A stretch of 64,000 bases of DNA from Lama glama (Eukaryota). The stretch is taken from the NCBI GenBank assembly GCA_028534125.1, contig CM052818.1:5272001-5336000 (forward strand). The letters are read 5' to 3'. The position numbers were made by a program, and so were the translations under genes. How positions within the stretch are numbered: position 1 is the stretch's first letter; each line of letters opens with the position of its first letter. Below the pieces are notes generated by a model. That model searched no databases and was not told the DNA's origin. It saw only the letters and a program-made list of their open reading frames with translations. Shown here piece by piece: positions 49,258-63,125 of the stretch.

Positions 49258-49433
49258 TAGGGGAAGGGAACGTTATTGTTTAATGGACCAGAGTCTTGTT
49301 GAGGATGACGAAAAAGTTTGGGGCATTGAGGGTGGTGATGGTTCAACAACACTGCGAATATATTGAATGCCACTGAATTGCACACTTACTGATGGTTAAA
49401 ATGATAAAATGTTTTGTATATTCCCCACAACAA
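49258..49433 (+). mobile_element. L1MB-type 3' end with probable TSD
   Basis: 'ttattgtttaatgg...ggtggtgatggttcaacaacactgcgaatatattgaatgccactgaattgcacactt'. Flanks aatatta(g/a)tct at 49243-49253 and 49434-49444. Confidence 0.85.
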
Positions 49434-50986
49434 AATATTAATCTAATATCAGTGATTAATATTAAGTCAAATTACTTGTGGTTGAGATGTCTGAGCTGTG
49501 CTTCCTACCTTAGCATCTCCTAAGATGCAGCGTCTGCAGGGACTGACCACAGCAACGGATACTAAGCCCACCGCACAGCACAAATCTTGCCCTGCTTCAG
49601 ACGGAACAAGAAGCAGAGAGGGGACAGCCAAGGTTAGAGCACACAGAACCGGCAGAAACTTGGGTCACCCACTAAACACATCACTGCGTGGGTGTGGAAT
49701 ACTCTGACGGTGTACAGACGGCGTACAGAACGGCAAATTAGGAACAAGACGGGCCCAGGTGAGAATGAAGTGTCTTCTCACAATGACCCACAGACATTTA
49801 CGGAGGCAGGGGATATGGATTTTCAGAAAACCATACATATTTAGGGGAATATAGGGGTCATTCTCCAGAGGCTTTGATCCATTACTTGGCATTTCACAGA
49901 AGGCGTCCAGACCGTGTTGATTCAACAACAGAAGTGCAGGCTGGGACCAATTAATTCACCCGGTTTCACATGGGAAAGGCAGCGAGGCCTGACGTGGCCA
50001 CTGCTGGACTTAACAGAAGTAATGGTGAAATGTTAAAATGGTTCATAAATTTATGAAATCAACGCGTGACTTGATCTTTTCGGAACCACCCAAACCCACT
50101 GATGAAGCATTTGTGGACTGCCCTCATCAGTCTTTGTGACCCCGTGTTTTAGGCACCAAGGACAGTATATAAAATTTGATATCCAAGCAGTCATTTTTTT
50201 CCCACATAAGAACTGAAGCATAGGGGTCATTTGGGGCCTTAAACTCTCATTGATTCTGGAGTCAGTCATTGACATCTCGGTTTCATGGGTGTGGTCAAGC
50301 ACTCGCTTTGACCTTGTAGGAGACCTGTTAGTTGCGGTGGGCTTAACATCCCTTACTGTGGTCGGTCCATGCGGACACTGCATCTTAAGAAGAAGATGCT
50401 AAGGTAGGAAGCACAGCTCAAACATCTCAACCTCATGGAGTTGAGACTCCTTACCTGGAGCTATAAACGTGACTCAAAAAAGGTGACCCCCCTCTGAGCA
50501 AAGCCTTCCATGACCACATCAGCCCGGACTTCAGGCTTTGTCTCTCTTCCAAGGGTTCTGGCCATTTATCAGCAATCAATTTGCTAAATCCAGGGGACAT
50601 TCCGAGGTAGGCAATGGAAAATGTTGGAGGGAGACAATCTGGATTTCCTAAGGCAGCGGTGAGCTTAAGGGCCATGCTGAGAGGTCATTCCCCTCAAGCT
50701 CCATTGCTACAGAAGTTCAGTAAATTGCCTCTTCCTATCTGAGGTAGAGGAATGAACAAAATGCAGGGTGGAATATGACTTTCAACGGGCACTATGTATG
50801 AAGACAGAACCATATTACAGACACATCTTATTCAAGAAAAACAATCTCTCCTCTTTATCAGCAGAATTAAGACATTAACTTCCCATCACTCCAACGCTAC
50901 TGAGAAGGAAGCCAGACCAGGATGCTCCCTGTCTCAGTCTTCACTGAAACATATGTTAGATGAAATAGATAAGATTAGATAAGAGT

Positions 50987-51082
50987 AGGCGGAGACTATA
51001 GCTCAGTGGTACAGCACGTGCCTAGCATGCACAAGGTCCTGGGTTCAATCCCCAGTACCTCCAATAAAATTAAAAAAAAAAA
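50987..51082 (+). mobile_element. Camelid tRNA-derived SINE (Vic-1-like), short form
   Basis: 'tatagctcagtggtacagcacgtgcctagcatgcacaaggtcctgggttcaatccccagtacctcc' plus A tail. Imperfect TSD aagattag(a/c)ta at 50971-50981 and 51083-51093. Confidence 0.9.
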
Positions 51083-54000
51083 AAGATTAGCTAGAAAAAT
51101 GGGAAATTAGATAGAAAAGTGGGAGATAGATCCCATGTCTGTGCAGACTTGTAAAAGAAAAGATCCCAGGAACTGTTCCCGGACTCTGATCCCTTGGTCA
51201 GTTGCAGGAGATAAAAGGGATACAAAAAGAGAATTTTTGTGAGAAGGGCGGGGAGGATTTTTTTGAGGGTGGGGAGAGTTTCCTATGTTGTCATTTCTTC
51301 TTCCCTTCCCATGCACGAGGATTGTGGGGTGCTCCTCCTCACCCCAGTGTGGTGATTAGGAAGCCACCTAGAGCTTGGCCTGTGTCCCCTGACCAGTGCT
51401 GGATTCTTGGGGCAGTGAACTGGGGTCTGACCCAGCCCCAGGACTCTCGAGGGCCAGGGAAGTCTGGCTGCCTGCTTTAGTAGTGAAAGAGGAGATAGCA
51501 GCCCACGCTCCCTCCCCGTGGCTCATATAAGGGATGCGTAGGAGGGAAGACTATTTTTACAGCAAGAAAGTCCCCAAAAGGGAAAATACCAGTTTAACAA
51601 TTTTCCAGGTCCAGAGAGTGATACTTCTCAGCTAAATGACACCTGTCCTTTCCCCTTACCTCGTCACATCCTCTGTCACCCCCACCTTCAGCTCTTGGAT
51701 GGAGAGGAAAACTGTAGCTGGAGAGTGGAGGGGGCGAAGACTCTGACAGAGCAGACAGCTCAGAGACAGATTGCCCCATGTCCCCTTTCCCACTGCAGGC
51801 TTTCAGCCATAAGCAGGTAGGAGCCAGAGTCAAGAAGCAATTTAAAGCCAAGTCAAGCTCCAGGGTTTGGATGGAATCGCATCCTGCAATTACTTTATAA
51901 CTTGATTCTGTGACTTAATGACTTGAAGTGATCCAAGAAGTCTTTATTATCAGAGAGTGACCAGAATTGTTGCAGGTAGATGAAATTCTTATCCAGGGCA
52001 GAGAAAGTGAAATAAAATGGAATGGAAGCTGCCATTTCATGTCAGCATACCCATTCCTCTACCAATGGCTGCTCCATTAACAAAGATGCCCTTCCTACTG
52101 AGGATGCTAGGGTCTAAGAAGGTAGGTCAGGGTACGACAGGGGAGGGGAAAGAAGACATAAGAAGAAGAACCAAAGCACGGACCAAACCACAAATGGCTC
52201 AGGGAAAAATGTGCAAGTCAAAATTAGGATTTCTATACCATGAAATGCATGTGAAGTCACAAACGTCCAATTATTAGTAAATTTATGGATGAGTCCACCT
52301 TAAAGTCTGAGTCATTTTCAAATAATTTCCATCTTTCTGAAGTGGCAATTAGATAATTCCACACAGAGGTTGCCAGAGCAACCCTTGCCAAATTTACCTA
52401 ACGGCAGTAGGTTAAAGATTCTGCCAGCATCAGTTAGGCACTGGTAGATCCAATAGTCAATCTGCCGGATTCAGGTATTAATGAGCACATGGCAGTGATG
52501 TCTGACATGTACCTAGTCACCCTAACTCCATTATATGCTCTGTAAGATGAATTTATCCTTTGACATTTAACAAACATTGGTTAAAGAAGTAAATGAAAAG
52601 AATAGGCAGTCAATTATGTATACCATTTTGATTCCCATCCCTCAACAAGTAGAATCTTGCTTTTCCTAAGTGGACCCAAATAATTGTCTCATTTTTACCA
52701 TCTTATCAGTAGAACACTGGTGATGTAAACGTTGTCATCTGAAATTGATCGGCCAATTGTCAATGGTGTTATATGACTCCCCCTCTTTTTTAGTAAACCC
52801 CATTGAAATAAATTTAAGCCACGGAGCCACATGAAATGAAATATGAATAAATCTGGGAGGAATATCTTAGCTAATTATTTACACAGAAAGGGAAAATGTG
52901 GCTCAGCTGTAAAATCTATGGCTAACCACTTTATTTTGTTAATTTCTGTTCATGAACCTAGAAGCAGAGTGATAAGAAATACAGAGAAATAATTCACATT
53001 TACAAGTGACAAAGTCATCTTCCCAGCTCTGGAAATAAATAGGAAGTCAGTTTTCCCACTGTCTGGACTAACTAGCCTCCCAGTAGGCAGGGGAGCCAAG
53101 CACCCAGTGGCCCCCGCGTCCAAGATAACTGTAACTAGAAGATCTAATGAGTGATTTTGCATTCTGCAAGGAGGACTACTGTTTACACTCTGTTTTGCTT
53201 TCCCTGGTGGGATCTTCCTTGTATGGATAACCCAGCATCTCTTTTTTTGGAATAGGGTTTTCCAGAAACAAAACATTAAAGCGAAGAATGAAAACCTGCC
53301 AAATGTAATTCCTGAAAAATCACTTTAGTCTCAAAGAATTGTTTTTCTCTCTTGATCTTTCTCGGTTGACCATTATGGTTTTTGTCAAAAACAACATTGG
53401 CTCCAAACGGTAAGAATCCTTTTGGGTCACCATTAGCAACACTTTCTTCCCACCAAACTTGACCACAGCAGGCTGCAGCCTCACTCGAAACATTCCTTTG
53501 AGAAAGCAACCCAGCATTCAACCACCACAGATTTATGGTGTGAAAAATGGTCTTTTTAAGGACCTTTGAAAATGTTAAAAATGAACGTGGCTTTGCTGTT
53601 ATTTCCCACAGCAGGAATTTAAATTTATAAACACTACTCCTAATCAATTTGGGAACTGCCCACAGAGCTAGAGGGGAAAAAGAAAATAGAAAAAAACTTC
53701 ACAGGAACATTCTTCGGATATCATTATATGTTACAACCGACTTTCCACATTGAATCTTTGCCACTGTAAACGTGTATCTTTCCACCGGCTTTTGTTTTAA
53801 ATTCCCAAAAGGTCTTCTTGCCATCCTAGGGCTGAGAGCTGACACATTTGTGTCCAGGAAAGAAGGCTGTTTATCTTCCTCCAAGCAATTTTTGTTGCGA
53901 TGTTGTATGAGTGTAGATGGTTTTTTGATTGGTTATTGAAAGCCGAGAAATATGTTTTAAAGCAATTTGTTTCTTAGAACATTTTGTCCACTTCATCACA

Positions 54001-55009
54001 GCGATGTCTATTAACGCTCTATTTGCTGTACTTAGAAAGATCATTTAAATTGTATTAGTACCTTTATCCGTTTCAGCCCTCTATTACCAATGTAGGTCAA
54101 ACATTTGGCACTTAAAATGTTTAGCACTTAAAATTCCAGATAGAATAGTGATAACATGACTTAAACACAGACATTCTTTCAAAAAGAACTAAAAGAAAAA
54201 AGAAAACTTTAAAGTTTCAGCCACACTTCATAGACATGAAATTGATCCTCAACCCAAACAACCCTCTGCTCCATTATCATAGAGTAAATTTCAGAGCTAT
54301 TTCAGTAGAGCATAAGGTTCAGAGAGTCATGTGACCAGCAACTCCAAGAGCAAGCAAATGCATCAGGGGTCAAAGGGCACAGAGCAGAAAGAAACATCTG
54401 GATTCCATCTTTTGAACTTTTAATGGAAACACTGATCACTTGGCGCACATCTGGGGATTTTGACCAGAAAAAAGAGTGTCTTTTTTTTAAATGGGAAGTT
54501 TACTTATGTTGGATATGAATTTCTTTACATAATGCTAGTTTGGTATTGGAGATATCTTTGAATACTGCTGAAATTAATGTTGCTTGATTATTTCTTTAAT
54601 GAAGTAGGTTTTTACTTTTTCATTGTTTTTTTTTCCTTTCAAGTTTTGCTTAAAAAGGAGTATCCCAGGAAAAAGTGAGGGGGGCCCCGCTTAGTTATGC
54701 AAACTGCACTTTCCCTGGGGAAGCTCTTCTCATCACTCAGCAGGGAGAACCATTTTCAAAATCACCCAGCAGTAACCAAGGAAGAGCCCTGTAGCATTTG
54801 GCCATGCTGGCTCACTGCCTACACCCCAAATTAACTCCCTGAGAGGTCTGTGTAAGAAAAATGTCACTAGAAAGCCTTGAAGAGCCCTTACCACATTGTT
54901 CTTGGCTGAAAAATGTGTCTCAAGCACAAATAAAAATAATGCAAATCTCTTTGCTGGAGACTTGCATGGTTTAGCATCACATCTGCTGCTAAGTGGGGAC
55001 ACTGCACAC

Positions 55010-55310
55010 AATTCACTTATATTCTTTGAACCCTAGTTTTCTCATTTGTAAAATGACGATCCTAGACTATTTGTCTGAGCCTAGTTTGTTTTCAGCAATG
55101 ATATTTTATGTGTTGATCACTGTCCTGGCTCTAGCACTAAATATAAATTTTAAACATCTTGATGGTTTAAAATGTACTTGTCAATTTCTGCAGCACCCTC
55201 ACATGTCTTATTTCCCATGATCGTGTGAAGTAGGTGTGGCCAATATCCTCCCCATTTTGAAATAAGCCCGCCAAGGCTCAGAGAGGTCTGGTGCCTCCTT
55301 AGTGGCCACG
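55010..55310. mobile_element. Two MIR fragments (plus then minus)
   Basis: 'ctttgaaccctagttttctcatttgtaaaatg' and 'ccccattttgaaataagcccgccaaggctcagagagg'. Confidence 0.7.
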
Positions 55311-55399
55311 GAAAGGCAGTACATTTCTTCCCAGAAGAGCAGGTGTCTCAACCAACAGAAATATGAATTAAAATAAAGAACTTAAAGATGATTAAGTAG

Positions 55400-57990
55400 T
55401 ACACAAAAACTCGAGTACAATACCAGAACTATTCAAATATACACTAAGTCTAATTTGTATATGTGGTATATATATTCAGAAAAATTCATTTAAATGTTAT
55501 GAATTATTTTTGGAATATAAGAGATGATTAAGAAAATTACTTAATAGTAATAAGATAGATCTGAGCCCAGATTATCTCAACAAATATTGGAAAGTGAAAA
55601 GAGAAGGGACTGTAAGAATTCAGAGCCTAGTAAATTTCTCACCTTAAAAAATGGAAGTCTAGAGTTATTGGGTTTTCTTTTAACTGTAGATAAATTCATA
55701 GTTTTGAGAATAATTTAAATAAAAGCTTAAGGATAATTACTAGTAAAGTGAAAAACACAACATTTGTAGCACCATTAGAAAAAAAATTAAATTATGGGAA
55801 ATACAGACCAAACGGAAAAAATGAAGACCAAATATGTCAAGACAATACATGTAAATTAATATCTCCTAATTTTAAATTTATTAAAATAAATCAAAAGATA
55901 AAATTCAACTTGATACTGACTATAAAAGAAATGCCAAAGCCAAAGGTATTCTGAAAAATTATAGATAAAATGATAGGCCAAATTATATCAGGAAAAAAGC
56001 ATCAAAAAATAAATAAATGTACATACTCTATACATACATATACATATTTTAAATCAAAGTAGAATTCAAAACAAACTATCAAACAGGACAAAGAGGAGGC
56101 ATTTTATCTATGGAGACAAATCTAACATAAATATGTAGGATTACAAATATGTTATAATTAATAATACAGCATTGATAAGTAAGAAACAAAATATGTTAGG
56201 GAGAGTTTTCATAGATCTCTCTGTTTTAAACAGGAGGATAGCTGGCATTAATTAGAGACACAGAAGTCAAGGAAGAGAATTATAAAACATTAACTTAGTA
56301 GAGACATAATTAAGGTAGTGCCTGATAAGACAGAATATACTTCTCAAGCACTGACAAAACTGACAAAAATTAATCAGTTATTGACCATAATGAAAATGAT
56401 CAATATTGACTACAATGGCATTTCAATAAATTCTAAAAAAGTAGGAAATGTTTCGATTACATTCTATCACCATAGTGCAACAAAACTAGCAAGTAATATC
56501 AGAAGTACAAATAAACTCTCAGCTGATTGAAATTTATAAACAATTCTTAAAATAACTATTAGAGGAATCAACATTGCAATACAGACTATTTAATTTAAAA
56601 AACAATAATAAGAACATATTAATATAATATTTAAAGATTGTGATCAAAACCTACTCAGAGACAAATTTATTATCTTAAATGCTCATATTGTTAAATAAAC
56701 TTAGAGAATAAAATAAATAAATCATTAAACTTACTAAATTAAAAGCAAAGAACAATAAAGTAATCATAAAGAAGAGGAAAAAGAAGTAACAGTATGAATA
56801 AAAATGAATTAGGACAAATTTGAGTATTTGATAAATAAGTCAAAATCTGATATAACAAACAAGAAAAATGCTGAAAAGGAAAAACCCACATTAGTGCTAT
56901 GAAAACATCACAGATGTTTTCAAAATAAAAGAGATTCTTAAGCTGTGAGAAAATGGTATGCTAAGTCTATGTGAATAGATTTGAAAATAGAAGTGACCAA
57001 AATGTTCTTAAGATATAGGAAATCTGAAAATTGCAGTAATTATGGAAGAAGTTGCAGAAGTTATCAAATAATTATCCTCAGAATTCACCCATTTGGTTTT
57101 ATGAATAAATTCTTCCAAACTTTATAAATAGGTCATTCCAACGTTTTTTTTTTCATTTATAATTTTTGGTATTTTTCAGATTTTTATATAATTAACACAT
57201 ACAATTGAAAAATGATATTTTATGGACCATTAAGAGAAAGATATCCATGCCAACAGAAAAATGACAAAGGGTATCAAGAAGCAATTTACTAAATAATGAT
57301 AATAATGGAAAATGCTTACATAGTACAGACTACTTGCCAGATATTTCCTAAATAATGTGTTATATAATTATATAATAGTAATATATATAATATACAGCAA
57401 TTATATATATAGATCTAATTATATGGATGTAATTGTATATAATTAAATCTCGCAGAGAGCCCTATGGGTTAGGTACCATTATTATCCCTGATTTAAGACG
57501 TGTAAATTAAGGCACAGAGAGATTAAATAACTTGTCCAATGCCATGTAACTAGTAACTGACGAAGCTAGGGTTTGAGTCCAGACTGGTTGTTTTCAGGGT
57601 CTACGGTTTTTAACTCTTAAGTCAAAAGGAAATATATTTATCAAAGAAATGCAAGTAAAGGCAGTAAGTTCTTATTTCTTTAAGCTATTGATTGTAAGAT
57701 TATAAAAAAATTAAACCAATATAAATGCATATATGAAGAAATAGAAATCCTACACACTTCTGTCAAAATTTGTATCATCCTTTATCAAGGATAACATGGC
57801 AGTGTACATTAAAATCTGTATGTTGTACAAAACATTTGCCCCAGTACTTCTACTTCTACCATTGCATATTAAAGAAATAGACACATATTCCCAGATGAAG
57901 ACAGACTTCATTATGTTTCTTTACAGCACTGAAAAACCAGAAACAAATCTAAATGTCCATCATTTGGGGAACTGATAAATTAGTCATCAA
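55400..57990 (+). mobile_element. Highly degraded ancient L1 (ORF2 endonuclease region to 3' end, with deletions)
   Basis: 'aaagtagaattcaaaacaaactatcaaacaggacaaagaggaggcatttta', 'cagaatatacttctcaagcac', 'gagacaaatttattatcttaaatgct', 'aaacaaatctaaatgtccatca'. Confidence 0.8.
57295..57618 (-). mobile_element. MIR nested in the L1, with an internal TA-rich expansion
   Basis: 'ccctatgggttaggtaccattattatccctgatttaagacgtgtaaattaaggcacagagagattaaataacttgtccaa'. Confidence 0.85.
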
Positions 57991-59109
57991 ATTGAGTGCA
58001 GAGAGGGCAGGCAAAAATACCAGTCCTCCCGCCTTTCCTGTGGGCTTGGAGATCCAGAACAGTGGTCAAGCCTTCTTGAGGTTAAAGAGCTCAGTTCAAC
58101 CCAGGTTGAAATCTTCCCTACAGAAAGTTGAAGATTTGGCTTAAGACTAGGCTGGTGTCAATCCAGAGCCACAGATCGAGGGACCTGTAAAGTCTATGGA
58201 CCCAGGGGAACCAAGACAGAGAGGATGTGCCTGAGACACTTGTGGACTGACATCCTCCCGTTTGGCCAGCATGAAAAAATATCCTTAGGGCAGCTGTGTC
58301 CTCCTGTAGTGCTTTGAAGGTTAAGCGGAAAAATCTGAGTGTACTGCCGAGGTGCCAGAGTGCTGAAAAGTTGGTGTTTTCTTCTAGAAAGGAAAAAATA
58401 AAGTAGAAAGACTAGGAAGGTGGAATAGCCACAGTGCTTTCCATAACGTTCAATAAAAATGAAAGACTGGTGGTTTGAGAAAATAAAAAGAAGTGATGCA
58501 TACAGTTAGAGAGATGAGAGTCATCACACTTGGAGTGTTACCTCTACATTTGAAGATATAGCTCCACTAATGAAAAAAGACAATACACTCTCTGCCCCCC
58601 TAAAATCAATCCATATGAGGAGACCCCCAAAAGAAACTTCTTTCCTATTCAATTTCAGATGATTTCAATGATATAAATTGAATATCTATAAAACATTCTA
58701 CAAGCATCAACATGGCAAAAGTCAAATGGCATTTAAAATTCTCCATTGATCGGTATCTGTTTACCACTTCTTGAGAATCCCCAAAATGCATGAAGAAAAA
58801 GCCTTTTCCCTCAAGGAACATTATTCATCAGAAGGTCAGGAAGACACGAGTCTCATTCTTCTCATGCACAAGGATATGCTTCAGCCTTCTCTTCTGCACA
58901 GGCACAAGTGGCTAACACTTGTAATGCCCAAGAGAAAGGGTGGCCAGAAGCACCTTACCAGGTGAGCTAGGTTCGGATGGTGGTATCAGAGTAGGAAAGT
59001 GGAAATTCAGAGCTCAGTGTGAAGACACAGGCTCTGCATGTTTCCACATGCCACCCTGGGCATGGAGTGGGAGCCCCAGATCCCAACAACACCGGGCTTC
59101 CCTTATTAC

Positions 59110-59440
59110 TAGAATATACGTGCTCTTACAAGTCATGTTCACCTCCCTCAACTTATGGTGTCTTCTGTATCTCCTTTCATCCTTCAATGCTCAGCTCACG
59201 TGTCCCTCCTTTGAGATGTCTTCCCTAGGCAATCAGTCCATCCCTTCTCTTAGCAGCTGGAGCATTTGGTAAGCATCTCTAGAATAGCATCTCTCATCAC
59301 CTTGTGACTACCTGAACATCTGATCCCACGGCTGGACCAAGAACAACTGTATTAAATTCATCTGTGTATAACTAATCCCTAGGAAGAGCCATTGATTCCC
59401 CAGGGCAGAACTTAGCAAGTTGCTTGGATAAAGTGAGTGT
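59110..59440 (+). mobile_element. L2 fragment
   Basis: 'catccttcaatgctcagctcacgtgtccctcctttgagatgtcttccct'. Confidence 0.7.
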
Positions 59441-60831
59441 GTTTGTGTTTGTGAAGGGGAACAGATTGCTGCATGGATGCTCCCAACCAAGAGCCCTGGG
59501 ATGCGGTGGGGAGTGAACGTAGTAAGAAGTTATCCAGGAGAAAGAAGACAATGGGGCTGTTTTGGGTATTCAGGATCCTGTAAGCCTTTTTAAAAACTCT
59601 AAATACCTACAGGAACATTTTATCTTTAGGGCACCTCAGCAGAATCTGCCACTAGAGTTTATAGGTATCCTCATCCTTAGGATGTTCAGCTGAGCAAAAG
59701 GAAGAGGCGTCTACTCTAGAAACTTGAAAGTCCTACTTGAAAGTCCTCTTCCGATATTTAAAGGGCAGAGATGTGAGGAGGAGACCAAATTTGTTCTAGA
59801 CAGTTCCAAGGATGGAATAAGACTAACTGGTAGAAATTCTAGACTTCAGATAGATTCTAAAAAGCAATTCAGCAAACATTTATTGGCATTTACTATACGT
59901 AAGTTTTAATAAAGGGAAGAAATTATAAGCGTGGTGTCTTAAAATGGAATGACAAAAAAAAAAAAAGAAAAGAAAATGAAATGAGTTGCCTGAACTAGGA
60001 GAGCTTCAAAGGAGACCAATAATTACACGTTACTCCATTCATCTAATACTTTCTGACGACCTGCCACCTGTCAGACGTTGTTCTAAGAGTGTGGGTCACC
60101 CCATCCCAGCACCTCACCCTGGCGGGCACACTGACATTAATGGGCTGGTTGGTCTGAATGTCTCCTCCTGAGACATATGATTCTAGGGCATACCTAAGTC
60201 AGCTTCTTTTTGCAACTTATGACAAAATTGAACGATCAAGCAACGTTTTCAGAAATCATAGTTTGTGGAAGAATGGAAAATACTCTCTGTGCCTGCAAGT
60301 GGTAGCAGTATGCGTGTGGGCACGCACACGTGTGTGCAGGTGCACGTCTGTTACCTAACTGACTCTTGGCAGACTCAGTTTTTCACGATTACATACAGCA
60401 AGTTATCCATGGTGGCAGTGGAGGCTGCAGACAAAAGCACAAGGGACGGAAGGCAAGGAAGGAATAAAGTCAAATCAGATGCAGAGTTGCAGTGACACGC
60501 TTCTAAACATCCCGCAAATGTGCATTTAGCTCACGTTTATTTTTACATACTTCACCAGAAAATGGCAACAGAACATCTCATTCTGGATGGTAGCCTCGGG
60601 CGAAGAGGAGGCATAAAGTGGGAAAGATGCACAGTAAACAAACAGGCAACTAGCCCCTTCCACACGTCGCAGACTTGAGAACGTCCGCTCTAGCGCTCAA
60701 ACTTAGCAGCCGAGAGGCCTCGCAGCATGCTCCTGGTGAATGCCAAGTGCTTTTTCCTCAGTATCAAGTGTGACTGAGGATACATTCATGGTCACTTAAC
60801 CAGGAAAATATAGTTTTGTTCCCAAACTAAA

Positions 60832-60859
60832 ATATATATATATATATATATTTTTTTTT
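60832..60859. repeat. (AT)n followed by poly-T
   Basis: Direct reading. Confidence 0.9.
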
Positions 60860-61289
60860 GGCACTCTATTCATTACAAAGTCTCCTATGATGGAAAGCCT
60901 TTGTTTTCGTCCCCATTGATTTGGCTTAATCAATTACTGACTTCAGTTTTTTTGAATTATAGGGAATATTTTATCCCCACTTAACACATAACACAAGTGA
61001 AGCCTGTATCATGAGAAGGTAGGTACACTTTGCCTGATTCCAGCTGCTAGGCATTCTCCACAAATTTTCATTCCAGATTATCCCTTGGACCAGGTAAGAC
61101 TTGTAAATACTGTTTAACGGTTCTCTTGGTATCTCAAAGGCAGGTTAAACGCAAAATGTAAACGACTAATCACACGATGCATTATTCTGCCCAAAAGATC
61201 CCAGAAGAGTGCTCGCAGTACCGTGAGCAAGACACCTTTCCCCCATCTCCAGAAAACCAGGGGGCGCCTTCTTATCTCCACTGGCTCGG

Positions 61290-62035
61290 CTCCTTTACCC
61301 AGCCCATCTCCAATACTAGGATTTCACCTCCTCATAATCCCTCACATCTCTCCGTTTCTCCCCTCTTCCACCATGATTACTGCCATAGCTCCTGGTTGAT
61401 GTCTCGCATCCATTCTTATTTATAACCACTGAACTCTCCCTCCTACAGCAAAACAGTTATTTTCAAAATGGAAACTGGATCATATAGCTCCTTGATTAAA
61501 GTATTACATGGCTTCATTTTGTTTTTAATAGTCAATAGGCACTCAAAAGGAGTTCAACCAAAATGATCAGAACTTTAACACCATTCTGGTCTGGGTTCTC
61601 CACCCCAACCTGTCTTATATGCCTTATTCCTCTTGCTTTTTTCCAGTCCCTGCAATAGGATGCTCCCTCCTGCCACAGGGCCTTTGCACAAGCTGAACAC
61701 TCAGCTTGGAAAGCTAACTTCACCTTCAGTTCTCATTGCCTCATTAAAGCCTTCTTATCCTTCCATTTTTTGACTGGTCTTCTCTCAGTTCCACAGATGG
61801 AATCAAATTTTCCTATCATAGGTTTTGAACATTTGATATACCTCTCAAATCATATACAGATCATAATAAATATTTGTTGAATTTGTTGGGTGACATTAGC
61901 CTTCTTTATCTCTCCAAGGGAAGTGTTCATATAAGTTTTTGCTTGTCCTTATGTCACTAAGGTCTAACATGTTTTCTGACACAAAAGAGATTTCAATAAA
62001 TATAGGTCAAAGGAATGAATGAATGATTGGGTAAA
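61290..62035 (+). mobile_element. L2 3' portion
   Basis: 'ctccctcctgccacagggcctttgcacaagctg', 'tcaataaatataggtcaaaggaatgaatgaatga'. Confidence 0.85.
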
Positions 62036-62149
62036 TGACATATTCAGAGTGTGAGCAGTAATGGGCACTTTGAGAAAGGACATCAAAAACAATACCAGTA
62101 ATTTTTCACATTACAATATCTGTGCAGATGGAAAAACCTGCATTACAGA

Positions 62150-62320
62150 AGCAGCACCTATGAGGTCAGAACGTGAGGCTTCACACTGGTGTCTCTCCTT
62201 GGTGACTTGGTGGTCTTATGCAAGGCCCTGAAAGCACCTGGGTACCAATTTCTTCATCAGTAAAAGTAGGGAACTATCCACTCACTGGGGCAATGAGAAT
62301 TCTGTGATATACCTTTGAAA
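62150..62320 (+). mobile_element. MIR fragment
   Basis: 'ccaatttcttcatcagtaaaagtaggga'. Confidence 0.55.
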
Positions 62321-62454
62321 ACCCCAGTAAACCCCAGTAAATCTAATTTAAGAAGCCAAAGGGACTACGGAAGCCTGTAGGAAATGGCAGAAGTTGGATC
62401 CAGCCTTGACTGTATGGAGAGCCAGTGACTTGTTCTCTGGGGTTTGATGAGACA

Positions 62455-62590
62455 TGATCACACTCATCCATTCACGAACTGTCCATGCTTTCACATGTCA
62501 GCAAAGTAGCTATGACAGAAACTGTGTGGCGCACAAAACCAAAAATTTCTACTATCTGGCCCTTTGCAGAAAAAGTTTGCCAATGCCTGC
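62455..62590 (+). mobile_element. MER58-like MITE, 3' half
   Basis: 'gacagaaactgtgtggcgcacaaaaccaaaaatttctactatctggccctttgcagaaaaagtttgccaatgcctg'. Confidence 0.85.
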
Positions 62591-62974
62591 TCCAGAATAC
62601 TGTTATTATGACTGTGTTGGTGACTGGCTTCATTGTCCACGCCGTTACATAAGCTTGAAATGAGAGTCACCTTGACCCTTGCCTCCACCCCACCCCCAAA
62701 GTCTAGTCCCTCCTACCTGGTACCTGAGGCCTTCGCTTACGGCCCTCAGATTTCATTTTCTAACCAACACCCTTGACCTCATACAGTTCTTTCCTTTTAC
62801 AGTTCATGTCTCATAATGCCACAGGGCACTGTGTTTTATTCCAACTTCTTCCAGGCGTAGGAAGGACAGAGCCCATTAACTCCATCTTACCAACACAGTC
62901 TCTGCTCTGAAGACGTGGTCCATGTGAAATGGGACGGGGAGGGAGAGCCAAAAAATCATTGTATTTATTAGAGG

Positions 62975-63125
62975 TACTCAGTTAAAATGCGCCTCACTTT
63001 GAAAAGTGGGGAAAGCAAAAGTACATTTATTATAGAATGCACTGAGGATAAAATAGGTAATATATACAAAACCCTTAGCCCAGTTTCTGGCCCATAGTAA
63101 GCCTTTATTAGCTATTTCTAATTAT
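62975..63125 (+). mobile_element. MIR fragment
   Basis: 'gaggataaaataggtaatatatacaaaacccttagcccagtttctggcccatagtaagc'. Confidence 0.7.

Noticed and set aside
49706..49735. Short 11-bp tandem repeat (also a 10-bp duplication near 62318-62341)
   Set aside because: These are two or three copies without spacers, which is ordinary slippage and not CRISPR-like.
50987..51082. tRNA-Ala-like sequences (also 5905-6039 and 39941-40029)
   Set aside because: A-rich tails, TSDs and stem-breaking substitutions mark them as SINEs, not tRNA genes.
53276..53647. 123-aa minus-strand ORF in unique sequence
   Set aside because: It has a non-ATG start, no recognisable family and no supported splice context. tblastn or PhyloCSF would be needed to rescue it.
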